From: Okamejei kenojei | Lineage: Eukaryota | Direction: 5' to 3' | Length of the DNA: 64,000 nucleotides | NCBI GenBank assembly: GCA_035221665.1 | Contig: CM069136.1 | Location: 61,752,001 to 61,816,000 of the forward strand | Shown: positions 23,801-38,548 of the stretch, piece after piece | How the letters are laid out: each line of letters begins with the position of its first letter | Position numbering within the stretch: the first letter of the stretch is position 1 | The notes under the pieces: model-generated | Databases searched by the model: none | Told to the model about the DNA's origin: nothing | The model's input: the letters and a program-made list of their open reading frames with translations, nothing else | Program-made: the position numbers and the translations under genes

Positions 23801-26800
23801 AACCTCATAAAATAAAGATCAAAATGTAAGTTCTCGTTAATCTTTCTATTTTATAGTGAGAGACTACGTGAAGAACCTGCGCAGCCCGCATGCGCGTCAA
23901 TCTTCAAAGCAAAAGTATGAAACCACAGACCACTTGCACAAATTAAAACTATAGAAAGATTAATAACGCTTGACTTACCGAAAGATCTTTATGGTGTTCA
24001 AGGTTGGGAGTGCAGGGCATGTAGTCTCTCACTCCAACTTCTCATAAATAAAGATCCAACTTCAATCGGCAAAGGGCCTGTCCCACTTGCATGCGATTGC
24101 ACGCGTTTGGCTAGTGACAAACCGGAAGCGGAGTTCATGCGAAGTTCGTGCTAAATTCGCGGTTAGTACGTGCTAAGTTCGCGGGTGATGTCATTTACGT
24201 CATGCTTACCAATCAGCTGGGCAGGAGGCGGGCTGACTGAATATTTGGGGCGTTGCACGGCACTCGGGCGGTGACGTCATCACGCAACGCCACGCTGGGC
24301 AGTGACTTCATCACGCAACGCCATGCGCTAGGCGTACGCTGTCAAGATGCGTATGCCGTCAAAGACGCTGCGTACGGCGTCCAAGATGCTACGTACGACC
24401 GTAATAAGCATGGTTGTTGTGCCGGACAGGCCCTGTTGCCGCGCAAAGATTTCGGCCACTGAAAGAATTTCGGAGCCCCGCGCGATGTCGAGACCAGCCC
24501 CGCACAACTCTGCGCTTCTAAGTGGGACCGGCCCCGCGCAGCCATACGGTGCCCGTACGCCTCAAGTGACCATGAGGTCGCATAATTTGCGGGCCAAGGT
24601 CGCGTAAGTGGGACTGGCCCTTAAGTTCTTGTTTAATCTTTCTATTTTATATCGAAGTCTCGTGAGAGACTGCATGAAGCCTTCGAAGCTCTGTGGTTTC
24701 ATGCTGTAAAGCCAATCTGTATGTGAAAACATTAAACAGATAAAACCATAAAAAAGGTAGAAAATACATTGGACCATTAACAACATGATGCTAACCTTAC
24801 ATACATGTACGTCACCCTTAATTGGACCACAATCCTAATTGCCTTTGGTTTAGACAATTAGCGCATGCAACACTGTTCAGAATTCTATCTGCAACCGTCC
24901 AGACATGTTCAATGAAATTTTATATCTTCTGAAAGTGCACTTATCTGAGCCTCCTGCTGTTGCAAGAAAGTGATGAAAGGGGACTATCCATTCTATTGGC
25001 TGCTGATCAGCCAGCCGCCCCTGGGTAGAGTGGGACTTGAATTGATTTGTATTCACTCCTGCTTTCAGCTGCTTACACTCTATTCATCCTGAAAGAGTCT
25101 GCACCAACAATCTCTTGTGAAACTTATATAACTATGAAGAAACTTACCTTTATCTCACAGGTTCTTAGTAACCTCAGTGTACCTTTTTATCATAATAGAC
25201 ATTCTCTGATCTAGTGGGTATGCTGTCAACTCCAACTTGTACCCAACCGTGCATGTTTTGCTTTATGAGTTAATTCACATGAAATGCTACTCTCTTGTCA
25301 GATATGACCGAGAGAGATCCAGATCGAGATTGTGTAAAGACTGTGCTCTTTCATGCTGAAGTCGGTGTCATAAGCATGAGTAACTGCTCCAACGTTTGGG
25401 ATACAACTGATGATAATCTGCATAAAAACTTATACTGAATTACACATCCACACTTCTTTGTATCTGGGCTTTAGAGTGTTTCATATAAAATACACATTTC
25501 ATAACCTTAGTCAACAGTGGGTGAGAGCCAATAATTTATTGTCCCACTTATAGTACTAGATTTACAACAACAAGCAGTACCAGCAGTGTTAATTGCGCTA
25601 TAACATAGTCGCTTCTCTTAAACCCAAACTGCTACTTCTGTTTAAAAGTAGCTCACATGTGTCTCTTCACAAAACTTTCCATACAACCATGCAGTGATAG
25701 ATGCACGAGAAATAGGTTGAACTAGCCAGCGCTCATGTCTCAAAAATAGATCGAGCAAATATAGGAGCTCCTTTCAGCGGACCTATTTACAATGGAAGGC
25801 CATGGTTGAGTAGGCCAATTTGGCACTACTATAATTCATGTTGCCTCGTCTTGAATTATCTTAGGAGGCATCTACTGATAAATACCACTGAGTTTTATCT
25901 GTGGGTCTAGGGTCCGAGACATATTTCCGCAGAGTTTATGACAAAACCTAAATATGTAATAGATAATGCTGGCTCCTAGTATCGAATTTTCCTGGATGAA
26001 TAACAACCCTAGATATTCTAAGAGCGCCTTGGTTTGCTGAAACAGCTAACTCTGTGACACCCGATCTTTTACCCTACAATTAAGCATGTCTCTAAAACTC
26101 CATGACAAAATGCCATTTAGATCTGAGTAGGGCAGCATTGACTTAGAATCTTTGTAACTAGCCTCGGCTGAGTCAACCCCTTAGGAAGAGCCCTAAAATG
26201 TCACAACTGGCAGATAAACCTCAGATATATCCTCTGACTCTCGGGGGATGTGTTGATATGGAAAAGTATGCATCTTCGAGATCGATTGAGTAGCAATGTT
26301 ACAACATTTTGAGATTTAAAAAATCGTCTGCTAAAATTTGTCCCATCCGATAAAGCATAATTTGACACCTAATTCACTTTCATATCTTCAGTATTAAAAA
26401 AGTTATGGCCATTTTCATGCTCGGAAATTAGAATCTTGTTCCCTATAGCTTTTCCATTGACTTAACACAAAAGTTGTGATCGAGGACAGTCAAAAGCCCA
26501 TAACTTTCTTAAAAATTAAGAGAACTGAAAGAAATTTTCAGTTTATTATAGATTGAAGCATTCTGAAACAAATATGAAACAATCTTACTTGGATGACCTG
26601 AAAATAAAGCATATAATTAGTTAGTTATCCAATTGTAGCTAATTACAAATTCAATTACTAGATCAAAACATTATCCATTTTCTTAACGAAATATTAACAT
26701 TTTTTAAAAGGCCTAAGTGTCCAAATAACATTCATACAAGAATATCACAATATAACACGATTTTTAAATCTCATTGTCATGAATTAATAGGCCAAATTGA

Positions 26801-27250
26801 AGGAATTTAGTTTTTAATGCCTGTAAATTAATGGCCATTTAAATCAGCTTGCGAGTGGGATTTTTTGGAACGCGATTGGATTGCAACGTTGCGGTTGCGG
26901 TGAATTTAAACCCATATCGGCAGGGGAAAATACTGCCGGTTCGTATGGGAATAAATCACCGTTTCGCAACATGAAATTTTGATTAAGGTCATCTTTAACA
27001 AGCAAGTTTATATGTAAAAATAAACGGATTTCATTTACCTGTCCCATACCTGAAATCTGTCCCCGTTGTCGGCTTTCATAGTGTTAGAAGTTAATTTTTA
27101 TTTTTACTCCAACGCTGAAATAGTCGGGTGATTTAAAAAAAAAATGTTTTTCACATACCGGCAGTCGGAAGAATCTTCAGCAAAAGCTCGCACCCCGAGA
27201 AAAAGAAAATAATAACTCCGGAAGGCAGGGGAAAACCGCATTTTAAAAAG

Positions 27251-27287
<37 letters not shown>

Positions 27288-30200
27288 CCGCGCCACCCCC
27301 CCCCCCCATCAAAGGCGACAAAGTCGCGCACACGGCCTGTGACAGATCTGCAGCACCGCTAAATGTAAGTTTTGTAACATACCTAGATGAGGCCGTTAAA
27401 GCAATCCTCTGTACTCAACAATGAATGAAAATTATCAATCTTAAAATTGATTTATACCAAGCACATGTTCAGACTAGCCAAATCCCGGAATGATTTGGCA
27501 TCCTCCAATTTTCTTTCAACCTTGAGAAGATATTAGAAATACACCCCTCTTGTTCATGTACACACTGCTCATCCTTTTGTGAAATGTCTCTGTTTCAACT
27601 TGGATAGCCATAGTTTCCTCTTAGAAAATAGGTGCAGGAGTAGGCAATTTGGCCCTTCAAGCCTGCACCACCATTCAATATGATCATGGCTGATCATCGA
27701 ACTCAGTATCCCGTACCTGCCTTCTCTCCATACCCCCTGATCCCTCTAGCCACAAGGCCACCTCTAACACCCTCTTAAATATAGCCAATGAACTAGCCTC
27801 AACTACCTTCTGTGGCAGAGAATTCCCCAGAGACTCGCCACTCTCTGAGTGAAAAAAGTTTTTCACATCTCGGTGCTAAAAGATTTCCCCCTTATCCTTA
27901 AAACTGTGACCCCTTGTTCTGGACTTCCCCAACATCGGGAAACAAACTTCCCTGCATCTAGTCTGTCCAACCCCTTAAGAATTTTGTTGAAGCTATCTAT
28001 ACGATCCACCCCCTCAAACTTCTAAATTCAAGCGAGTTCAGCCGAGTCTTATCCAGTCTTTATCTTCATATGAAAGTCCTGACATCCCAGAATCAGTCTG
28101 GTGAACCTTCTCTGTACTCCCTCTAATGGCTACAATGACTTTCCTCAGATTTGGAGACCCAAAGACGTACGCAATACTCATGGTGGTCTCACCAAGACTC
28201 CAGTACAACTGCAGTAGAACTTCCTGCTCCTATACTCAAATCCTTTTTGCTTAGAATGCTAACATACATCGCTTTCTTCACTGCCTGCGCACCTGCATGC
28301 CTACTTTCAATGACAGGTGTACCATGACACCCAGGTCTCATTGGCAATCTCCCCTTTTCCTAATCAGGCCACCGATTCAGATAATATGTCAACTTCCTGT
28401 TTTTGCCACCAAAGTGGATAACCTCACATTTATCCACATTATACTGCATCTGCAATGCATTTGCCAATCACCCAGGCGCGAGCGAGCGAAGTCACCTTGC
28501 AGCCTCCCAGCATCCTCCCTCAGAGCTAGCAATGCCCCCCAGCTTGTGTCATCCAGCGTTCAACTTGGAGATGTTGCATTCAATTCCCTCGTCCAAATCA
28601 TTAATATATATTGTAAATAGCTGGGATCCCTCACTGAGCTTGCGGTACCCACTAGTCACTGCCTGCCATTCTGAAAAAGGAACCCGTTAACTCCTCCCTT
28701 GCTTCCTGTCCTGGCCCAGCCAGTTTCTCTATTCACATCAATACAGAACCCCCAATACCGTGTGCTTTAAGTTTGTATACTACTCTCTTATGTGGGACCT
28801 TTGTCGAAAGCCTTCAGAAAGTCCAGATATAACACATCCACTGTTTCTCCCTTATCCACTCTACTAGTTTCATCCTCGAAAAAATTCTATAATTACGTTC
28901 AGACATATTTACCTTTCGTAAATCCATGCTGAATTTGTCCAATGATTTCACCACTTTCCAAATTGCTAGCTATCCCATCTTTAATAACTGACTCTAGCAG
29001 TTTCCCCACTACCTAATTGTTTAGGCGCGGAGGGGGGCGCGCGAGGTACTGTAATTCCCCTTTTTATCTCTCCCTCCAGTTTTAAAAAGGTGGGGTTACA
29101 TTAGCTACGCCTCCATCCCTCAAGAACTACTCTAAAATCTAAAGATTTTGAAATTATCTATCACTGATGTCCATCCACTATTTCTGAGGCTACTTCCTTA
29201 AGCACTCTGGATGCAGCTTATCTGACCCTGGGGAATTATCGGCCTTTAATCCATTCAATTTACCTAACAACACTTTCCCGGCTATAACCTGGATTTCACT
29301 CAGGTTCCTCCATCCTCATTTGACCCCATGTCACCTGCAATTTCCGGCATATTATTTGTCTTCCTTGGTGAAGACAGAACCAAAGTAGGTATTCAATTTG
29401 GTCTGCCATGTCCTTGTTCCCCATGATCATGTCACCTTTTCTGACTGCAAGGGACCTACATATTGTTTTAACTAAATTTTTGCCTCTTCACACATCTATA
29501 AAAACTTTTTGCAGTCCAGTTGTTTTTATGCTCCCCTGACAGTTTTTCTTTCATAATCTATTTTCGCCTTTCCTAACTAAGCCCTTTGTTCCTCCTCGCT
29601 GGACTCTGAATTTCCTCCCAGTCCTCCTGGGAGGAGCCTGCTTTTTCTGCTAAATTTGTATACTTCATCTTTTGTTTTGATACTTATTCTTGAATTCCCG
29701 TGTTATCTACGGATGCACTAACCTTCCCTGATTTAATCTTTTTGCCAAACTGAGATGAACAATTGGTTGTAGTTCATCCAATGCAGACTTTAAATGCCTT
29801 CCGCGCGTTGCCATATCCACCGTCAACCCTTTAAGAATCAATTGCCAGTCCTATCTGGCCCAATTTCGCGTCTCATACCCTAAAGTTACCTTTCTTTAAG
29901 TTCAGAACCCTGTTTCTGAATAATCTATGTCACTCTCTATCCTAAGAATGATACTCAAGCCATATTGTGCTCAACTCTTTGCCCAAGGGGCCACGCGACA
30001 GCAAGACTTGCTTAACTAACCCCTCCCCATTACCCAATACCCAGACTAGAATAGCCTGCTCTCTCGTTGGTTCCTCTACATGTTGGTTAGAAACCTATCC
30101 CGCATACATTCCAAGAGATCCTCTACCTCATCACCCCTGCCCATTTGATTCACCAACCATATGTTGATTGACGTCAACCCATTAAAACTGTTTTACCTTT

Positions 30201-30339
30201 GTTACACTCATTTCAAATTTTCTGTTTGATGCCATCCCCAACTCCACTACTACTGTATAGGTGCCTTTAAACAGCGTTTCTGCCCCTTATAGTGTTTTTT
30301 GCAGCTCTACCGATTCCACATCCTCCCAAGCTAATTGTC

Positions 30340-30394
<55 letters not shown>

Positions 30395-32851
30395 CTTTCT
30401 TTCTATTGTGTTAATCTCCTCTCTAACCACAACGCTACCCCACCTCCTTTCCTTTCCTGTCTATCCCTCCTGAAATATTGAATAATAGTTCGTATTCCCG
30501 TATGTACGAATTCCTAGCTTCTCCTTGCGCGGCGTGAAAATTGAATCAGCCAGAAACTGAATCTATAACCATTTATGATTTGTAAAATGGAAAGATCAGA
30601 GGTTAACTGTCCCCACCTGTTGTTAAACTGTCATCAACCTTTCTCCCAACTTGAATATCGTCAGCAACATCTCATGCGACTGATGGAATAATATTTTTGC
30701 ATACCTCAACGGCCCTCCACTCATTGTTAGCTTATGTTGTCTAATGACAAGACAGACTGTGCTGTAGATGTGAACAATTCAGTCTTTTCTAAGAAAGCCC
30801 TGCTTATAAAAACCACCAAGGCTGTCCAATAAAATAATAAGACCCAAAGGTTGATTACCACCCCCCTTCCCCAATATCCAGCAACCCCTGAGACTGACAC
30901 CACCAAAAATGGCCTTAGGCCGGATGATCAATAGAGGGCCGACTCACCCTAGACTTTGCTCGTCCGCATTGTCTCACCCATCGTTGCCAGCTGGGGGATG
31001 ATACTGAGTATGTGGAGTACACTGCCCCCCAACCCCCCCAAAGGGTGTCCTTTACCACCCCCCACTCCGCAGCCTGAATTCCTCTTGCAAGTCTTTTACC
31101 TGCTATCCCAAGTCTTCTCCAAAGAGATACTTATGCAGACGGCAACATACTTAGCCTTGCTCAATACATATAATGGGTTGATCTCAGCCTATACCATCCG
31201 AGTCACAATTGATTTAAGTTGTGTATTACACACAAGTGTCTAATGCATCTACTACTGCATTCCTACAGCTGAGTTCCCACCACCGACTTGCAAAGGCCTA
31301 ATACTCATTGAGAAATTCTCTGAACTATGCTGGAGTTTAAATCCTTTTGACTATTGTTTTACCCTTCATTTAGTCCCCAAATGGTAGCATTAACCGACGG
31401 GACCTCCAATGTCTGGCAGAAATCAGACCTAGCATGACATCCAGCTGTGTCCATGCATGAATCATCTCAATCAACTGATGAGAGTCAAGTAACCAATCCT
31501 ACGCCAGTTCTTCCTCTAACAGTTCTCCTCTCCCCAAAGGGATGGCAAATTTAGTCACAAGTGTCCTAGCAGATCCTTTATAAGAACTGATTTGACGCAA
31601 TAACATCCACTTGGATGTGAATTCGAATTCACTGTCAACTACCACAGCCTCCCCCTTACACCCCACAAATAATCCTTCAAAACACTTCTCCTCAGATGGG
31701 AGATATCATATTGCCACCCTGTAACCAGTATTGCTGCCGCAGTCCTTTGACTGGAACAACCTTACTCAGTCACCAGTGTGTGTCAACAGCTTTCCCCTTC
31801 GACCAGCCTCTCAATCAGTATTTCCAGTATAGAGGAGCCCACAGATGACATCCTCAATGGATTGTTGAGGCTTTACAATCCTGCCCAATATTGTCCTTTT
31901 GGACATTTTGCCATTTTGGCCTTGGCCTACCCTGAACTTGGGTTGCCAAACTGCTCCCTTACGAGCTTTTGTTTTTTTATTATTTTTTTGTTATTTACTT
32001 TTTACACATGGACCTGCAAGATAGGCAAAAACGCCTACATGCCTATTTGGCTTTACTGTTTTACCTATCCCCGAGAGGATGCAAATGGTGTTTCCAGCGT
32101 GCTGGCAACTCTTATTTAAACCGAGCGTGAAAGAATTTTAGGGCATGTGTTTAGGGTTTTCCTCAAACTCCTGCCTCTAACCAGAGATATACTCAATATT
32201 ACCCATATCATCCATCTGAGGTAATGCTTTTACGAAATTGTATTCACCTTTTCCTTTTACTGCCAGCAGCGCTAACAGGGAATATTTTCTTATATTCCCC
32301 TTTCTAGTCGAACGCCTATGGACTTTACCTGTTTAAACAGCGGGAATAAGTCTTATAATTCCCCTGGTCTCGACATCCGGAACTTGCAACGTGACGCTGC
32401 GTGACGGCAACAGACTGCACGTGACCTGCGTGACGAACGTGACCTGCGTGCAAATATTAAAATTTATCTTAAAAAAAAAAAATGGCAGCCGTTGCGAAGA
32501 AGAGGTTTCGCGATTTAAAAGTTCGACCTTCACATTTGTCACATAAATAAATTACATACATTACATAAAAGAGCGGGGGACAGAGAGAATGGTTACATTC
32601 TTATTAGTACTCTTATTTACAATGTTGGAATTATTTAGTACCCTTATTTACATGTTGCAATGCATATTGCAAAATCGTATAGATACATTCATATCATATG
32701 ATATTTTCAGATTTTTCCACTAGATGTCTGAATATGGGTAATAATAACAATTAATGACTGTCCTCTTTCGGAGATACCACATAATATTGGCCCTCACTAG
32801 ATCCATATTGCCCTCGTCCTTCCGACTCGGCACTATGAATGCTACCGAGTG
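23801..32851 (-). mobile_element. DIRS #3 with nested insertions, copy 1 (noisy, cut by gap)
   Basis: Colinear with 54075-62757. Includes MITE 24073-24621, TIR element 26291-27385 and CR1 ~27622-30485. Confidence 0.85.
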
Positions 32852-33471
32852 NNNNNNNNNNNNNNNNNNNNNNNNNNNNNNNNNNNNNNNNNNNNNNNNN
32901 NNNNNNNNNNNNNNNNNNNNNNNNNNNNNNNNNNNNNNNNNNNNNNNNNNNNNNNNNNNNNNNNNNNNNNNNNNNNNNNNNNNNNNNNNNNNNNNNNNNN
33001 NNNNNNNNNNNNNNNNNNNNNNNNNNNNNNNNNNNNNNNNNNNNNNNNNNNNNNNNNNNNNNNNNNNNNNNNNNNNNNNNNNNNNNNNNNNNNNNNNNNN
33101 NNNNNNNNNNNNNNNNNNNNNNNNNNNNNNNNNNNNNNNNNNNNNNNNNNNNNNNNNNNNNNNNNNNNNNNNNNNNNNNNNNNNNNNNNNNNNNNNNNNN
33201 NNNNNNNNNNNNNNNNNNNNNNNNNNNNNNNNNNNNNNNNNNNNNNNNNNNNNNNNNNNNNNNNNNNNNNNNNNNNNNNNNNNNNNNNNNNNNNNNNNNN
33301 NNNNNNNNNNNNNNNNNNNNNNNNNNNNNNNNNNNNNNNNNNNNNNNNNNNNNNNNNNNNNNNNNNNNNNNNNNNNNNNNNNNNNNNNNNNNNNNNNNNN
33401 NNNNNNNNNNNNNNNNNNNNNNNNNNNNNNNNNNNNNNNNNNNNNNNNNNNNNNNNNNNNNNNNNNNNNNN
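32852..33471. other. Assembly gap (620 N)
   Basis: Run of n. Confidence 1.
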
Positions 33472-33514
33472 CCCCCCGGGGGGTATGTGGGGGTGGTGTG
33501 CATAATCCCCCAAA

Positions 33515-34578
33515 GATAGTATTTCAGCACAAGAGTGCAAATGTTACGTTAGACATGTATGCATGTGGCTACAGATAACCCATTGTCTTTATATGTTTCT
33601 GGACTTAAACAAACAAAATCAGACCAGGAAGGAGCTGGGAACCAAGGTAATTTTAAAGCATTTCCTGTCGACCAAAATTGTGTGTGGTTAAGCATTTGAC
33701 TCAAAATGTTGAAGTTAGGCAAGGAGTCTCCATGGTGGTGAGACAGGGCTATATATTACACACAAAAAAACACATATAAAATTCAGTACAACTGCAAGGT
33801 TCCAGATAGTTTACATTCTAGATGGTTAAAAAAAGGTTTTGGGACTCAGCATGGAGTAGACATTGAGATGTTAAAAAAAAAAAAAACCCACTCCACCAGG
33901 GAGATGGGTATATCCATGGCAAAGGCACAGGACGGGGGTCATTCGATCAAAAAATTAGAGGGCTAGGATGATGTAAAATAAAAAAACTTTTCAAGTTACA
34001 GAAACCAGTTCTCCGGTGTCAGGGTTGGGAACAGCAGTGTTGGGTTCTCTTTCATTGTGCTTTGTTTTATATTATCAATTTATATCTTTGGTTATAAATC
34101 TTCCCCTACGATAGAAAGGGTTATTACTTTCATTTCTTTTATATGAAAGGACTTATTACATAAATAAAGGAAATGTTTATAAGATGTATTTTTTAACTCA
34201 CTACTGTGTTGATTGAACCAGAGTGTCGTATGGATGAATCTACGACATGAAAAACCACAGAGCTACAAAAATCTTCACGTAGTCACTCGCGTGGACTCCG
34301 TAGTAAAAATAGTAAGATTGGAACGAGAACTTACAAGTTTGAAGCTGTTTTATTTTATAGGAGGAAAGATGAAGGGGATTACGTTGCCCGCCACTCAACC
34401 TCATAAACATAAATGATCATCTGGTAGTTCTATCTATATTGAGCCTTACTATCTTACTCCGGCTATTAACTGCTGTGTTTTTCATGCCGCTGCTTTGAAG
34501 TATGCCGTCATGCGCCAGGCGGGGCCTTCTTCACGTAATCCCTCATCGTTGGTAAGTTCTCGTTTAATCTTCTATTTT
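33515..34578 (+). mobile_element. DIRS #1 3' part, copy 2 (noisy)
   Basis: Matches 3340-4420. YR motif PHSTR ~33886-33900. Confidence 0.85.
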
Positions 34579-34940
34579 CTATGTTTTCTAAGCTGACTGG
34601 TCCTGATGGAGTTACTACAGTTTTTGTGTCTATCTTCAGTTTAAACCACATCTGCGTTTCTTCTTATCATGTTACAAACTTAATCCTTTTCTTACACTCA
34701 CTTCTTGGGCATTTGTGATATTCTTGAGGGATTTTGTCCATTTATTAAATAGTACCAAAATTGAATGGACTATTAATGCAAATCTTTCTGTGAATTTTCA
34801 AATATCAATTTGTTATCATAAACCACTGTCAGTGAGATTGAATATTTGGCTTGCAAATGCAGAATAATTATTAAATATTAAAAAATGTCAAGAGTTATAC
34901 GTATATATTTATTTTGTAAGATTGATCTTTTTCTTCTCAG

Positions 34941-35096
34941 ATTGACTTTGTGGTGGAAACAAGTCTTGTTGGAAACGATTTTGAATGGTCTTTCTCATCT
35001 CATGGATGTAAGGATCGTGACAGTCATTATTAGGTTTAAATTAGAGGTCTTGGCTGGTAATCTGAACATGAAATCTCGACAAGAATTTTTAAAGAG
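34941..35096 (+). CDS. DYNC2H1: DYNC2H1 exon A, copy 2, with frameshifting indels (probable errors)
   Basis: Matches 4781-4936 with several 1-bp indels. Confidence 0.75.
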
Positions 35097-36005
35097 GTAT
35101 TTGCATGTTGAACAGCAGATCAGAAAATTTACAAATAAATACATATTAATGGCCTCAAAAATTGATTGTATGAAAGACCCCACAGTTAGTAATTTGGTAA
35201 AGGAAAATCCAGAGTATACATTGGATAGATTTTAATTAGTTAGTTCAGTATCCTCACTCCCATCATTATTTATGCCTAAACCTTCATATGTAAATCAGTT
35301 AATTTCATTTACATACATAACGTAACCAGCCAAAAAAGAATATTTTGAGAAATGTTGGGAGAACTATATAGAAGAAGTACCAGGAATGAATTATATTAAA
35401 AGGGTGGTGATAAAAGGCAGGTACTATCGCAACGTTTAAGAAACATTAGTCAGGTACATGGGATAAGATAAATTTAGAGGGATATGGGCCAAACAGGAGG
35501 TGGTTCTAGTGTAGATGGGGCATATTGGTCGGGGTGGGCAGTTGTGCCGATGGCCAATTTCCATACTGTATGACTATTGATCAGCCCATGATCCAATGAC
35601 AGGGCATACGTGGTTGTGGGATTATACAACATTCTCTGGTCCTATGTCCTGAAAAGTATTGTCCAGAAAGTTTGAGTTGGATGAAACACACAAAATCATT
35701 GTAATAGGACACCCTAATAGAAAGTTAAAATCATAGATTTTTCTTATCATTATCTTCAGGCTTGTGCTTTTGCCTCCTTGACAATAGAAGCTGGGACATG
35801 GCAGAAGGAAGTAGAATGCTTAATGTTATGAAAATGCATAAAATCTCTGTGGATTAACTAACTAATCAAATAAAATAGTTGTCAAAGTACTTTTATTCCA
35901 AAACATTCAGCAAATTTAATGCCAATATTCATCTTCACTATAAAAAAAATATGTTGGGAAGTTGTATACATCCTAATGTCTTTAAAAAATTTCATTTGAA
36001 CTTAG

Positions 36006-36274
36006 GTTTTAACCTGGGCAAAGGAGAAACACCACCTGATCCGCGCAATGTCTTTGACACATTTTATGATCATCAGAGTGGACGACTTATGGCGTACCTG
36101 ATGAGAAAACCAGGAGAATCTGACCGTTGATGATTTCAATAAACCCTCAAAAACTTCCTGTTCATCCGAACTCCTGATATGCAAAGAGTCATCGATTATT
36201 TTAAGGCCCTTGGTTAAATTCTAACAACAAGCAACATTTCATACTGGTAGGACCTGAAAGGGATGTGGAAAAAG
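36006..36274 (+). CDS. DYNC2H1: DYNC2H1 exon B, copy 2, many indels (probable errors)
   Basis: Matches 5822-6081 with a net gain of about 9 bp from homopolymer-type insertions. Confidence 0.75.
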
Positions 36275-38293
36275 GTAAGACTTAATAATGAGAAAGGTGG
36301 CATCTTATCGACATTTTTGATTTATTCGAGTGTTGGAAAGGTAATAGTTTTGCATTGTGAGCTCTTCTGTGATTAGATTTAAAATGATATCATGAAATGT
36401 AGGGATGAGAGGAATGTTTCCTTCTTTGTATCTGTCTATGCCAACGCTTGATGCAAACTATCTTCTTCAAGGGGGAATTTAGGGCTTAAGGGAGTTGTGC
36501 TGGATGCGGAGTTCCTTTATTAGTTCCCTTTCAGCATACCCATTAATTCTTTTTGATTCCCTAATGTTGACACATCTATTGATTTCTATCTTGGGCCCAC
36601 GCAGCAAATTGTGGCTTTTCCACACTCACGGGTAGATAATTTCCCAAGGCTTGCTATCTTAGGGAGCAGAAATGTTTCTTTATCTCTTGGCCTAAATAGC
36701 CATCCCTTCCATTTTGATTATCGTGATCCTCTATTTTTAGGTAACCCATTTAGGGCATAAAACATCTATCCTGTAAAAACCTTTCATTTTGAAAATATTT
36801 AAATTTGGGATTACATAGGACAGGAAGCCAGAACGTTGACAATATTCCAGATTGCTTTCTCACCAAGGCTCGTTATAAATGTGGAGCAAGGAATCTATAC
36901 TCGTGTACTCAAATCTTTTGAAATACATCTCACGTCCCATTTGAATTTCTAATTTCATGTGAACCAATATTTTAACCTGGAATTAATTTATGTCATGCTC
37001 AATGATTGATGTTAACATAAGATGATTCACATGCTCCCTGATATAAACATCTGTAATTTAAATTTGATGGAATTTGGGATAGAACTTGCTGGTGTTTCTC
37101 AAGGTAATTGCTGGCAGCTTCCCAGCTTGCTTTAATCTTGGTCAACACCAGCAGCGAGTTGTTTCTGAGTGTGATGACAGTTGCATTAATTGGGAGATTT
37201 ATTTCTCTTATTATCCTGTTCAGATTGAAAAACAAGAACTGTTCATTCAAACATTCATTTGAATGGTCTTATTGGGCTAAAGATAGAAGGTATTTGAAAA
37301 GATGGTATTGCATTTTTTGAATTCATTGGTTTATTTTTAATGAAGTCCAAATAAATAATGTTGTATATAATAACTTTATTCAATTGTTTAATTTGTTTTT
37401 AATGCTTTCAAATGTTTCTGTAGTTTCTGGGACATCTTACCTTTTCAGTTCTTTTATTTTTCTTGAATTAGTTTGTTCTATTTTTTTCAATAACCTTTTC
37501 ATAGAGTCATAGAATATTTACAGCAGGGGCCACATGCCCAGCATTGCCCTTGTCTACTAAGGAGTCCCATCTACATAAGTTCACACTAACAAAGCTTTGG
37601 TCCATATCCACTCTGAATTCCTTTTTGTTGTAATTGTATACAAGTGTAGTATTGTTAATGTTAATGTTATATATGCTAAGTGTACTATTCTGTCGGGCTT
37701 TATGAAGGTGATGCGCCCAGAACTTTAGGTGCTTTGACTGTGGTCCAAATAAGTGTTTAGCTCTATCATATTACTTCTCCAAGTATATATCAAAGGATTT
37801 TTGTTATTAGGTTTTTTTATGTTTGTCCTGTTCATGGATATATTTCCTAGTTTGAAATATTGGAATACTATGTTTACTGGTTTTTTATCCTTTTAAGTTA
37901 TGTATAGATGATATTTTTGAAAATAATTATCATCTGGCTGAGTAATAAGTACTCCAAAATGGTATATAAGACCTCCATGTTCTGATGCTAAACCTTTTGT
38001 TTATTAACCTGCACAATTCTGTTAGATACGATTGGTTTAGCGGGTTATGGCCACAACACAGGGTAAATGGGTACGAGCTCTTAATTGGAGCATATTGTTC
38101 GGCATGGTTGAGTTGGAGGCCAAACGGGCCTATTTCCTTGCTGTATGGACACTATGATTTAAAGGAATGTCTGTTGTTCATCTTAAATGCTAGGATTATT
38201 TATTTCTGAGATCAAAAAATTAATTTTCAGATTGTATTGGATTAATTCTCAGATGAACAGAATTATTATTATTGGTTTTATTTTCATTTTCAG

Positions 38294-38548
38294 GATGCTT
38301 CTTCGTTATGCTTTCTCTCACCTTAGATCCACTCAGATTTCGCAACAGTTCACTGTAGTGCACAGACCTCACCTCGACATATTCTACAAAAATTGAGTCA
38401 GACCTGGCATGGTTATTAGTTCCAACACTGGGGCGTGTGTACGGCCCAGGGATTGGTGAACATCTGGTATTGTACTTGAAGGATATTATAACCTACCCAA
38501 GCCAGGACAAGTGGGGAACCAGCAGTGTTATTGCCTTTTATACAACAG
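38294..38548 (+). CDS. DYNC2H1: DYNC2H1 exon C, copy 2, indels (probable errors)
   Basis: Matches 8044-8290 with a net gain of 8 bp. Confidence 0.75.

Noticed and set aside
30340-30392. Long poly-T (and poly-A at 27245-27285) as retro-insertion tails
   Set aside because: Absent from the clean copy (~60370, ~57403) and located in the error-rich contig end, so probably read artefacts.
33472-33514. Unique GC-rich sequence at the duplication junction
   Set aside because: About 40 bp adjoining the gap at the noisiest read end, so probably junk base calls.
32751-33578. Long ORFs of 218-274 aa
   Set aside because: They only read through the N gap.
34941-38548. DYNC2H1 pseudogene or paralog with frameshifts
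   Set aside because: The indels are homopolymer-type, equally dense in introns, and fade with distance from the gap. This fits contig-end errors, not pseudogenisation.
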